Part shown: in pieces, positions 10,014-19,153 of the stretch
Numbering within the stretch: the first letter of the stretch is position 1
Layout: every line of letters starts with the position of its first letter
Source: a virus
Strand: one strand, 5' to 3'
Length of the DNA stretch: 64,000 nt
IMG/VR virus record: IMGVR_UViG_3300037585_001448
Coordinates: 1 to 64,000 of that record
The notes under the pieces: model-generated
What the model saw: the letters and a program-made list of their open reading frames with translations, nothing else
Database searches by the model: none
Told to the model about the DNA's origin: nothing
Translations under genes and position numbers: made by a program

Positions 10014-10679
10014 TCAGACTGTCCCACGCATCGTATGGGAACCAATCTTCAAATCCGGATTCGGATCATCCTTCACCATCCGGGCAAACCAATCAACAGT
10101 CCAATAATCGTCCGCCTTCGGTGCAAACTCGGGCATAAACGCGTACTGGCGCATCTCATTCGCCAACGCCAACGCCATCACACGGTCATCATGCGGTGAA
10201 CCCGACATCGAACCCCGCTCATTACGCACATACGTCCGCAACTCCCCCAACGTGTACCGATCATGAATCGTCAACTCGCTTGACCGCAACGCCATCCCCA
10301 GATCATCAATCAACAAAGGCTTCGATGTGCGAGTCGTCTTCCACCCAAACTCCAAAGACACCTTGGTAGTCGCCCGATTCAACGTTCGTTTACGAAACAT
10401 GTTCGGATGACCCAAATGACGCAACTGAACAATCGTAGTCAACCCGTGATTGTTCGACTCCACACAAGTCAACGCACTATTATACCACAACGACAGATTG
10501 TACACCTCCTCAGCCAACGCATCCGGAGGAATATGCCCATGCCAAATAGCGACCTGTTCGCCAGAGCGAACATCCAAGACCTGAATACACGAATAATCCC
10601 CATGCGCCAACCCCTCCGCCGTATCAACCCCCATACAATACGGGCGCCCACCAACAGGCTCACGCCAAACTGTGAGCAT
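10014..10679 (-). CDS. terL: Terminase large subunit, RNase H-like nuclease domain (separate ORF)
   Basis: GVDTAEG, VESNNHG and HDDRVMALALA acidic triad. Confidence 0.85.
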   Translation of the reverse strand: MLTVWREPVGGRPYCMGVDTAEGLAHGDYSCIQVLDVRSGEQVAIWHGHIPPDALAEEVYNLSLWYNSALTCVESNNHGLTTIVQLRHLGHPNMFRKRTLNRATTKVSLEFGWKTTRTSKPLLIDDLGMALRSSELTIHDRYTLGELRTYVRNERGSMSGSPHDDRVMALALANEMRQYAFMPEFAPKADDYWTVDWFARMVKDDPNPDLKIGSHTMRGTV

Positions 10680-11565
10680 CTTTACGGAACTCCACAAAAC
10701 GAGCCGACGGGCGCCACAAATAACCGCCCTGACCCTCCTCAACAAAAACGTTCATCCGCTCCAACACATCCAAATCAAACACAGGGTTACCAGACTTTAT
10801 GAACGCTTCCTCAGGCGTCGTCGGATACTCCTGAGCCAACTGCCACGGCAACATCGACTCTTTCTTCGACAAATACCACGACTCGTCCCGATCACCCGCC
10901 GCCGACCAAGGAAAAAACATCGGAGAGAACCTGTTCGTCCCCGTGGACGACCCCACCCATAGTTCGTGGAAAAAGTTTCCGCTTCCATTCGCCGTACTAA
11001 GACCAATGATTCGGCCTCCGACATCGGCCACTGGTTCAATAGATGCCCACGCTTCCTCAGGATTAGGCAAAAACGCCCACTCATCAACAACAACCAGCGA
11101 CGCAGACTCGCCACGGGCAGGATCCGATGCCGAAGGCATCGAAGTAATCTGGCTCCCATTCCCAAACGCCATCTTCTGCTGATGCTCCACCAGCGACTCC
11201 GGGCCACGCTCCACCATCCACTCCGGCAAATGCTGAAAACCATACTTCGACTTGCGAAGCAACAACACCGACTCGCGCTCCGTACGCGACAAATCAATAA
11301 TGTTCTGATCCGGCCTAAAAAACGCCAACCAAAACTGGTGAGCCGCCACCAACGTCGTCCACCCAATCTGACGGGCCTTAAGAGTCAACGAATAACGGTT
11401 CTCATCCCAATGATCTAAAGCGAAAGACTGGGCGTCCCGAAGATCAAACAATATTCGACCATGAGCAGGATGGGCAATATGCCAATACATGCGTAAGAAG
11501 TACGACTCATCCTCAACGCAACGCCGCCACTCCGCCTCCCTCTGAAGTTCACTCAGACGGCTCAT
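10660..11565 (-). CDS. terL: Terminase large subunit, ATPase domain
   Basis: LKARQIGWTT (Walker A), VVVDEWAF (Walker B), LSTANG (motif III). Confidence 0.9.
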   Translation of the reverse strand: MSRLSELQREAEWRRCVEDESYFLRMYWHIAHPAHGRILFDLRDAQSFALDHWDENRYSLTLKARQIGWTTLVAAHQFWLAFFRPDQNIIDLSRTERESVLLLRKSKYGFQHLPEWMVERGPESLVEHQQKMAFGNGSQITSMPSASDPARGESASLVVVDEWAFLPNPEEAWASIEPVADVGGRIIGLSTANGSGNFFHELWVGSSTGTNRFSPMFFPWSAAGDRDESWYLSKKESMLPWQLAQEYPTTPEEAFIKSGNPVFDLDVLERMNVFVEEGQGGYLWRPSARFVEFRKDAHSLA

Positions 11566-11663
11566 CTACTCGAACAACGACTGTAACGTCCGACCCAAAC
11601 CCCAAACCGTAAAAGCAACACACCCGAACAGAACAAACACCGTCCCGCACAACACCCACTCCC

Positions 11664-11861
11664 TCACTGACACGACTCGCACACCTCAGGGTTCTCCAAC
11701 CCGCACACCAACGGCTCATCAGATTGCGGCCCATGAAACGGATCCCCCCACGGCCCCAACACAGGACGCTCACCAAACGCCTCCTCACGCCACACCTGCT
11801 CATCATCACCATCAAACGCTGGACCCAACACCACACGCTCCGTAACCTTCGGCCAAGCCAC
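11664..11861 (-). CDS. Small acidic protein ending CGLENPEVCESCQ
   Basis: ORF between terS and terL. Confidence 0.6.
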   Translation of the reverse strand: MAWPKVTERVVLGPAFDGDDEQVWREEAFGERPVLGPWGDPFHGPQSDEPLVCGLENPEVCESCQ

Positions 11862-11862
11862 C

Positions 11863-12318
11863 CTAATCCCCCACAACCCTCAAATGGTGGACCTGAGCCA
11901 ACAACTCATCAGCCAACTCCCCATCCGACAAACCAGAAGCCTCACGATCATCATCAACCAACACACGACGCTTCGGAGTAAACTTCTCAATATACTGCAA
12001 ATACAACGACGCAGCCTGTACACTCCCACCCACAGCCTGCTGATGCAACGCATCAATCACAGACTGAGTCCGCTCAGGATGAATATTCAACTCCGCAGCA
12101 CGACGATCCCACTCCTTCGCAAAACGAGGATCACGCTTAATACGCCGCACCGAATCCTCATGCACCCCATTCTCAGCAGCCCACTCATACTGATGTTTAG
12201 GATCCCTATCGGGACCCTGCAACAACCAATCCAACAACTGCGCCCACTTCTTCGGCATCGTCTTCTGACCCGAAGACTCATCCCATTTCCAACCCCGGCC
12301 ACCACCATTCTGCGGCAT
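11863..12318 (-). CDS. Probable terminase small subunit (HTH)
   Basis: HTH-like EWAAENGVHEDSVRRIK and GSVQAASLYL; AGGAGG RBS; upstream of terL. Confidence 0.7.
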   Translation of the reverse strand: MPQNGGGRGWKWDESSGQKTMPKKWAQLLDWLLQGPDRDPKHQYEWAAENGVHEDSVRRIKRDPRFAKEWDRRAAELNIHPERTQSVIDALHQQAVGGSVQAASLYLQYIEKFTPKRRVLVDDDREASGLSDGELADELLAQVHHLRVVGD

Positions 12319-12543
12319 CCAACACCTCCTAAAAACACACCCACACTGTCCCGCCACAAACTGTCCCCCTCACGAAACGCCTGCTCACAGCATGGGACAC
12401 ACAGGGTAACCATATGGGGGGAGCCACAGCCATGCCATGGCATGAGGTGTACAGTCCGAGCAGCCCAACGGGCGTCCGGCAGCCCACTGCCCCTCCATAT
12501 CTATACCTAGTAATCGGATGGATGGGGTACCCCCGCCATGCCC

Positions 12544-12565
12544 GGGGGGGTGGGGTGGGGTGGGG
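12544..12565 (+). other. G-quadruplex-forming tract G7TG4TG4TG4
   Basis: Read directly; non-coding. Confidence 0.8.
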
Positions 12566-12631
12566 TGCAATGGATGGGCCGCGGCCCGGGCGTGTCCGTG
12601 TCTGTACCTTGTACATTCTCGCCCGGACGCG

Positions 12632-12666
12632 AAAAAACCCCGGCCAGCGCATGGCTAGCCGGGGTC
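12632..12666 (-). terminator. Intrinsic terminator for gene 12702-13442
   Basis: Minus strand reads ACCCCGGCTAG..CTGGCCGGGGT followed by a T-run. Confidence 0.7.
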
Positions 12667-12701
12667 GTTCCGCCCGGACCGCTGGCCCGGAAGGGTAGGG
12701 G

Positions 12702-13442
12702 TCAGACGCTGGCCACTGCCATCATGGCGCCACCTATGGCCGCGAGCCTGTCGACGCTGATGGCGCTGATGTCGATGGCTGTGGTCAAGGCGTGGACGAT
12801 GCCGTCGGTGTCCTCTGGCATGACCTCGTCGACGACTTTCCAGACGTTGGCCGGGTTGACTGTCACCGCGTCGGGCGCGGGTTCGGTTGGGTCGCTGGAT
12901 TCGGTTGCTGGCTTGCCCGCGGCCTTGTCCGCGGTTTCGACAGCGACCTTACGCGCCTTGCTCGGGGAATGTCCGTCGTCGGTTGCCGCGTCGCGGGTTG
13001 CGACGTAGGCGTCGACGTAGGCCCGGACATGCTTTGCAGTGTCCCGCTTTTTATTGAACGTGACCCATGTCAAGCCTTTGCCCATTGGGCGTGTGTCCGT
13101 GGTCGTGACGCCCATGGTGGTCAGTGACTTGTGGACCTCGGTTGCCGTGGTCGGTACGTCGTCCAGTGTGGACAGTGCCAGTGCCAGCGCGGCGCCTGTT
13201 TTGGCATCGTTAGCCGATACGGTGCCAGCGTAGGCCGTCATCGTTTTGCCGTCGGCTAGTTTCCACTGGCATCGATCCGTGGTGCGCTCTGGTGTGAGTC
13301 GTCCACCGTCTCTGCCTTGTGCGAGCCAGATGGCAGCGCCGTGGTCTAGGGACGTTGTAGCCGTTTCACCGTGTCGGCGTGCGGCCTTTACTGCCGTGGC
13401 AGTATTGGTCCCTAGGTCATCTAGTGTGAGTAGTGCATTCAT
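12702..13442 (-). CDS. Hypothetical Ala/Thr-rich protein (divergent early gene)
   Basis: 246-aa ORF with GGAG RBS and its own terminator. Confidence 0.65.
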   Translation of the reverse strand: MNALLTLDDLGTNTATAVKAARRHGETATTSLDHGAAIWLAQGRDGGRLTPERTTDRCQWKLADGKTMTAYAGTVSANDAKTGAALALALSTLDDVPTTATEVHKSLTTMGVTTTDTRPMGKGLTWVTFNKKRDTAKHVRAYVDAYVATRDAATDDGHSPSKARKVAVETADKAAGKPATESSDPTEPAPDAVTVNPANVWKVVDEVMPEDTDGIVHALTTAIDISAISVDRLAAIGGAMMAVASV

Positions 13443-13556
13443 GTCGTGTCTCCGTTTCTCAGTCTGGCGGGTTTGCCAGTACTGGCAACGCTATCGGGGT
13501 GCGCGTTGTTTCACAACGTGGTCCACGGTTTTTTTCTGGCCGGGGTTCTGTCCGTC

Positions 13557-13569
13557 TGTACAGTGTACA
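13557..13569. promoter_or_regulatory. TGTACA-N-TGTACA motif (representative copy; 7 perfect + 2 near-perfect in phage A)
   Basis: Perfect at 13557, 14690, 15782, 17163, 18758, 20580, 25587; one mismatch at 12603 and 13897. Confidence 0.8.
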
Positions 13570-13659
13570 GTCTGGCCGTGTCTGTCTGTCTGGCCGTGTC
13601 TGTGTCCGTGTGTACCTGATGGATGCGTGATGGATGCCTGATGGATGCTCAATGGATGA
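13570..13659. repeat. Short tandem repeats (GTCTGGCCGTGTCTGT x2; TGATGGATGC x3-4 at 11-bp period)
   Basis: Read directly. Confidence 0.75.
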
Positions 13660-13696
13660 GGTTGTGATCGTCGTATTCTCACGATAGAATGATGCT

Positions 13697-13915
13697 ATGG
13701 CATCAGATGATAAAGTTTTGTTCAATGGTGAGTCGGTCACTTTCGTGTCCGGCGTGACGTTGGATCAACTGCAGGCGTTGCCACTGCTGGACGGGCGTAC
13801 CCCGGGCGGTAAGTGGTCCGATAGTCGTGGTCGTAATGGCCGGGTCAAACTTTCGTATGACTTGGACATTGTGCTACGGCGTGCGAAGGAGAGGAATGTA
13901 CAATGCACAGACTGA
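13697..13915 (+). CDS. Hypothetical early protein
   Basis: TAGAAT -10-like element just upstream (possible leaderless start). Confidence 0.5.
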   Translation: MASDDKVLFNGESVTFVSGVTLDQLQALPLLDGRTPGGKWSDSRGRNGRVKLSYDLDIVLRRAKERNVQCTD

Positions 13916-14688
13916 CCGTGTCGGCACCGTTGGTGTTTCGGGCGTCGACTGATCGTAAGACTGCGCCGTGGATTGCGTGGCGTAAGGATGGGCGTGGTGT
14001 GCCGTTGGCGAATGCTTTCGGGTTGCCTGCTGGTCCGCAGTTCTCGTGTGGTGGTGCGACTGCGTGGTGTGAGCGTGTCTGCTATGCGGCGAATCTGGAG
14101 CGGTGGCCTAGCGTGCATGCGTTGGTGATGGGCAACTGGTCGGTGTACCAGTCGCTAAAACGTAGCGTGCCCGGGCTGATGGACGCTAGCCGTCCGATGC
14201 TGGATGACTTGCTGGCTGACTGCGAGCGTCGCGGCGTGGATCCTGTGTGGCGCTGGTTCTGGGATGGGGATATTCCGGGCCGGAACTTTGCCCGGGCTAT
14301 GCGTCGGCTGGCTGATGAGTATCCGACGGTCAGGTTCTGGTGCTACACGCGTTCGTATGATGTGGTGCCGTTGCTGGCTGGTGCCGACAATCTGTCCGTG
14401 TATCTGAGCGTGGATGAGTTTAACGTGGATGCGGCTGTGGTTGTGAAGGCTGCCAACCCGTGGGTCGGGTTGGCTTGCTGTGGTGACAGTTGGGATGAGA
14501 CGGAGGCGTTGGCTGCCCGTTTCCCCGACGAGCGGCGGGGTCCGAAGTGTCCCGAACTGGCGAGGCGTCCTAATGGGGAGCGTCGTATCCCGCTGGTAGT
14601 CTGGTCGGGCAAGGTCGGTGTCGGTGCGTGTGTCGAATGTGGCATGTGTGTCGACGGCGTAAATAATGTGCGGTTCGCTGCGGCGTGA
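13903..14688 (+). CDS. GP88-family Fe-S/radical-SAM-like phage protein
   Basis: FGLPAG..SCxGATxxCxxxCYA, RWFWDGD, FWCYTRS and C-terminal CxxCxxC. Confidence 0.7.
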   Translation: MHRLTVSAPLVFRASTDRKTAPWIAWRKDGRGVPLANAFGLPAGPQFSCGGATAWCERVCYAANLERWPSVHALVMGNWSVYQSLKRSVPGLMDASRPMLDDLLADCERRGVDPVWRWFWDGDIPGRNFARAMRRLADEYPTVRFWCYTRSYDVVPLLAGADNLSVYLSVDEFNVDAAVVVKAANPWVGLACCGDSWDETEALAARFPDERRGPKCPELARRPNGERRIPLVVWSGKVGVGACVECGMCVDGVNNVRFAAA

Positions 14689-15991
14689 CTGTACAGTGTA
14701 CAAACCAACAATGAGGAAGAAAGAGGTAAGGCTATGGCTTTAGTGACGAGTAACGCTACGATGACTGTTGTCATCTTGGATAACGAAGAGGCGCTGGCGT
14801 TGTCGAAGGTGCTGGATGCGTTGTCGGTGTCCGCTTCGATGATCCCGTCGAACTGGCCGTGTTTGGGCGAGTTGAGGGATGCGATGTCGGGTGATCGCTA
14901 TGCGTAGGCGCAACTGGCATTGGCCGCAGTCTGCCTATGGTCCGTCGTGGTCGTGGGAAGAGGTGTTGGCTGGCAACGTGCGTCCGGGTGATGTGCTGCT
15001 GGGGCGTGAGAAGTACGGTCGGCAGAACCGTGGCGTCGTCAGGTCGGTGTCTAGTTCCAAGATAAATGATGGCACTGGGTTTAGCACTGTGACGGTGATG
15101 TTTCGGTGGCGTCGTGTCGGGGAGGGGTTTCGTCCCCGGGATGCGGTGCGTGTGCGTAGTCCTCGTGTGACGCATGGGGCGATGGTTGATTATGGGTGGG
15201 GCGATAGCCCCCCGAAGGAGAGGAAGTGAGCATGCAGCACACGCACATGGTGACGCAACGGGTGAACTTTGTGGGTGTCCACAGTGGGCAGCACACTGAT
15301 CTGGATAATGCGACGTTTAAGTTGCCGGGTGGGGATCTGATCGTCGTGTATTACAGGGACAGCAAGGACAACATGGGCGTGCCGGGTAAGGCGGGGATGA
15401 CGCGTCGTGTCTGCAATGAGGATCTCCCGCCGTTGCGGGAGATGAAACTGAAGGCTAAGTATCTCAACCGATAAGGAGAACGTCCATGTGGATTGATGAA
15501 GGTAGCCCGACACGCGAGATCAAGGTCACGCTGTCGATGAAGGACATAGCCGGATGGTTGGATGCCCACGTTGACGATCTGCACTTGACGCATGTCGACA
15601 AGGCACCCGGCTTCGATCATGGGGCGGTGCGTATCTGCCTGCTGTGGAAGGAGCAGAAGTGAACCAGTTGACGTTCGACGGGTTTCTGTTCTACCTGTTC
15701 GGGGGCTGCGTGCTGCTGCTGGCGTGGTCTGTAATCGAATTCTTTTGGGAGCGGTGGGACAACCGCAAGTAGCCGATACAATGTACAGTGTACAAACAAA
15801 AAGGAGAGAGTAATGAGTGAAGTGCAACGCAAGTATTGGGGGATGGCGTCGAACGCTATTGCCGACCACATGATTCAGGCCATTGACGCTATCACCGACT
15901 TGATGTCGGTGCCTGCTGACCCGGAGCCTGAACCTGATCCTGATGATTGGCGTGAGGCAAAGGAGCAGGACAAGGCAGACGAGGCGGCGTC

Positions 15992-16144
15992 ATGAGTATG
16001 TGGAACGATGATCTGCAACTGAAGGACGACGACGGCTACTACTTTGTGGACTCCGATGAACTGGAAGGTTTGTGTGACGAGTTGGAGATGAAGTTGGACG
16101 AGGGGCGTCGGGAACTGTCCCGTCGGGAGGAAGAAGATGAGTAG
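15992..16144 (+). CDS. Very acidic 50-aa protein
   Basis: Own translation: 20 of 50 residues are D/E; ATGA overlap with the upstream gene. Confidence 0.55.
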   Translation: MSMWNDDLQLKDDDGYYFVDSDELEGLCDELEMKLDEGRRELSRREEEDE

Positions 16145-16466
16145 AACGCTGAAAACCTGTGATCGTTGTGCAGGCAGGCCGTTCACATCATCCTCATGGG
16201 TGTTGTGCCAAACCTGCTGGGCGGCTTGCTTCAAATCACTGACCGTCAAGGACTACGAAGGACACTGGTGGGTGGACCGTCACGACGGTGACCGACCCGT
16301 ATGCCGCGACTGCGGAGCCAACCCGGGGGACCACCCCGTGTGCGAGCCAGCAGAGCGCGCAATAGAACGCTTAAAGGATAAGCGTGTACAAAAAAGCAAG
16401 GCTGTTGTCGAATCAGACTTCGACCTTGACGACATGGCGAAAGCCATAGGAAACGGAGAAGCATAG
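16137..16466 (+). CDS. Zn-finger protein
   Basis: Three CxxC motifs. Confidence 0.55.
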   Translation: MSRTLKTCDRCAGRPFTSSSWVLCQTCWAACFKSLTVKDYEGHWWVDRHDGDRPVCRDCGANPGDHPVCEPAERAIERLKDKRVQKSKAVVESDFDLDDMAKAIGNGEA

Positions 16467-16468
16467 TT

Positions 16469-16870
16469 ATGGTTTATTCAAGCCCAAACGGGACCATTCA
16501 GGGTATCAACCAGACTGAGATAGCGGGGCGTCACGGTGTCACACCGTCCTGCATCTCCTACTACATCAACACATGGACAGAGGACACTGATCATCCCTTC
16601 CCGAAGGCGACATGCAAGATCCAGCAGTGGATCACCCGCAGCGACGGCGGCGAACAGTGGGGACGGCCATTCCTGAACTATGACCCGCGGGAGGTATTCC
16701 TTTGGTTCAGTAAGTTGGACGAGGCGTCCACCCGGCGCAGGTCCGAAGGCCAGCGGAACGCCACCCGGCGTCCCGTTGGTGTGCCCATCGTTGCTCAGAC
16801 TGTCACGCCTCCGGCGTTGGAGGAACTGACCCGTCGGGTCGCCAAGTTGGAAGAGACGGTGATCTTCTAA
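16469..16870 (+). CDS. AlpA/excisionase-like winged-HTH DNA-binding protein
   Basis: EIAGRHGVTPSCISYY..FPK..YDPREVFLWF. Confidence 0.6.
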   Translation: MVYSSPNGTIQGINQTEIAGRHGVTPSCISYYINTWTEDTDHPFPKATCKIQQWITRSDGGEQWGRPFLNYDPREVFLWFSKLDEASTRRRSEGQRNATRRPVGVPIVAQTVTPPALEELTRRVAKLEETVIF

Positions 16871-17199
16871 TGTTGGCACCTGAAACGTCTGTCCGTGATG
16901 TCGTTGCCCTGTTGGAGCAAGCCATCGAAGATAGGGACGACGGCGGTGGTAGTGCGTCGTTGCTACAGAATGCACTGGCGGCTATCTCTGAACTGATGAT
17001 GGCCTATGACCATTCCCATTCGCTGGGACTTGTAATGAATTCGTTTCAGTACAAGTGGGCGTCCGCTTCGCTGCATCACGCAGAGCCGGGGGACTACTCT
17101 CCGGCTTTGCATAGGGTAGTGGAGAACATAAGCACGGCGTATAATGCGTGATCAACCATGTTTGTACAATGTACAAACCCAAACAGAAAAGGAAAGGCA

Positions 17200-18252
17200 A
17201 TGAATAGACCAACAGAGTTTGACAGGCACGAAGGTCACTTCCTGCTTGAGAGAGCAGCCAAGACAACTGCGAGTGAGACAGCATGGCAAGTCATGGAAAG
17301 AGCGAACGCTTTGTTCCCTGTCTCCTACCCGGCGGCGTGCTGGCAGAGTCCTAGCGGCCTCGTCTCTCAAGGAGAGCCTACGGGACAGGGCTTGAACGCC
17401 CGCGACATGGTCGCTGCCGTGGTACCCCGTGTCGAAAGCGGTGCATACAGGGGGAAGCCGTTGCATAAGTATGTGGTGCGGACTGACACCAGTCAGGAAC
17501 TGGGGCTGCACTCGTGCAAGTACCCGGAGACAGACGGGTACAAGCCCATTGCTGACATGGCGGAGGAACTGTTCCCCGACAGCGCCACCTCGTGTACGGT
17601 GTTCGGTGCAGGTGAGCGTGTTGCGTTGACGCAGCAACTCACGGATCCAGTGGATCTAGGCGGTGGCGATGTCATCCAGCCTCAGATTTGTTGGATCAGT
17701 TCCCTGAATGGGACTTGGCGCACCGCCGTGTACGATCTGACGGAGCGGTTGTTCTGTCAGAACCAGTTGGTGGGGCAGAAGCCGTTGATAGCGGTGAAGC
17801 ACACCAAGAACCACGACGACCTGCTGTCCATGCGGGTCACTATCCTGCAAGGTGCCCGGGACAGGACGGAGACGTTGGCGAACATGGCGAAGGTCATGGT
17901 CAACCAAGAGTTCACCGACGTTCAGTTCATGGCACTCGTCAACACCTTGGCACCATGGAAGGAGGACATGTCTCAGCGAACTAAGAACATCAACGAGACG
18001 AACCGTCTCGCCTTCCGGCAGCACTGGGCGGACGAGAAGGAAGAGTGGGGTGCTGGCAACATGTGGTTGGCGTTCAACGCCATTCAGGGTGCAGAACAGC
18101 ATGTCATCAACGGTGTCAAGCGGGGCCGCTACTGTAAGGACAGGGCTTTCCAGAAAGCCTTGGACGGCAAGACACCTCTGGCTACAGAGGCAATGAACCT
18201 GCTGATGCAGGTTCCGTTGCAGCATGGGGGCGTGGTTCAGAGCCATGGGTAG
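17200..18252 (+). CDS. DUF932-family phage/plasmid protein
   Basis: VVRTDT..LG..Y, RLFCQNQL, VKHTKN and MWLAFNAIQ motifs. Confidence 0.75.
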   Translation: MNRPTEFDRHEGHFLLERAAKTTASETAWQVMERANALFPVSYPAACWQSPSGLVSQGEPTGQGLNARDMVAAVVPRVESGAYRGKPLHKYVVRTDTSQELGLHSCKYPETDGYKPIADMAEELFPDSATSCTVFGAGERVALTQQLTDPVDLGGGDVIQPQICWISSLNGTWRTAVYDLTERLFCQNQLVGQKPLIAVKHTKNHDDLLSMRVTILQGARDRTETLANMAKVMVNQEFTDVQFMALVNTLAPWKEDMSQRTKNINETNRLAFRQHWADEKEEWGAGNMWLAFNAIQGAEQHVINGVKRGRYCKDRAFQKALDGKTPLATEAMNLLMQVPLQHGGVVQSHG

Positions 18253-18463
18253 TGCTAGACGCAAGAGGCCCGTGGGTCACGGGCTTAACGTGTACAAGCG
18301 GGGACTGTGCCGTTGCGACGTTTGCCGTGAAGCAAACAGGGAACACGAACGCAAGGTTCGTCAACGGACACAGATGCCCACGATGCCGTTCCTGTACGAT
18401 ACGCTGACCCTGTCTGAGTTCAAGAAGTACAGGGGCTACGACACAGAAGAGGAAGGGAGGTGA
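18245..18463 (+). CDS. Small Zn-binding protein (HG..Y..CRCxxCR)
   Basis: Motif common in actinophage early genes. Confidence 0.55.
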   Translation: MGSARRKRPVGHGLNVYKRGLCRCDVCREANREHERKVRQRTQMPTMPFLYDTLTLSEFKKYRGYDTEEEGR

Positions 18464-18468
18464 TTTAT

Positions 18469-18702
18469 ATGGCACAGGTTCTAACGAACTTTCCTGCAAG
18501 GATCCGCACGGAGCAGTATCCGTGGGGTGATTGGTTCGATGGGATTCCCCGTCTGCTGGAAGAAGGCATCGACTACAAGGTCGCAACGTCTTCGTTCCGT
18601 GCGTCGGCCCATCAAGCCGCCAAGCGTTACGGCATCAAGGTCCGCATGACAATGCAGGCCGGGGGACTGGCAATCCAGTCCTACAAGCCGACTGACGGCT
18701 AG
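18469..18702 (+). CDS. Small putative DNA-binding protein
   Basis: YPWxxWFDG motif; strong GGAGGTGA RBS. Confidence 0.55.
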   Translation: MAQVLTNFPARIRTEQYPWGDWFDGIPRLLEEGIDYKVATSSFRASAHQAAKRYGIKVRMTMQAGGLAIQSYKPTDG

Positions 18703-18711
18703 CATAGGATC

Positions 18712-18747
18712 GTGGTGGCCGGGGACCCTCTCCCCCCCGGCCACCAC
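18712..18747 (+). terminator. Hairpin, probable terminator
   Basis: 13-bp stem GTGGTGGCCGGGG / CCCCGGCCACCAC; no long U-tract. Confidence 0.6.
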
Positions 18748-19075
18748 ACCACCTCTCTGTACACTGTACAAACGGAACGGAAAAACCTTGAGCAAAGAAC
18801 TCACAATAGAAGAGAGAATCTCCCGCCTAGAAACCGAAGTATTCGTGGGTGAAACAGGCGTAGGAAAAGCGGTAGTTGGGCTATATGAACTGACCCATAA
18901 ACTCCTGCAATTAATCGGGGATCACGCCCACGATTCGTCCTTTAGGGACAGTAAACTCATGCACGAAATCGGCCAATTGTACTCCGCTTTGATGGGCGAC
19001 AACGCCGACGACGACAGCGCAGACAACGTGGTGGTGCTGCACCCGGACGGGCCGGAATCCCCGTGACTGTACCCC

Positions 19076-19140
19076 CCATGCCATGCCATGGACCCGGGAA
19101 CCCCGCTGGGGTTCCCATGCCATGCACCAGCCATGCCATG
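19076..19140. repeat. Seven CCATG repeats around a 9-bp hairpin
   Basis: (CCATG)3, then GGGAACCCC-gct-GGGGTTCCC, then (CCATG)2, then (CCATG)2. Confidence 0.8.
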
Positions 19141-19153
19141 AGGGGATGCTAGG

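Noticed and set aside
12636-13547. 12-bp inverted repeat (AACCCCGGCCAG) flanking gene 12702-13442 as an invertible segment
   Set aside because: The left copy is explained as a terminator stem, and no invertase gene was seen.
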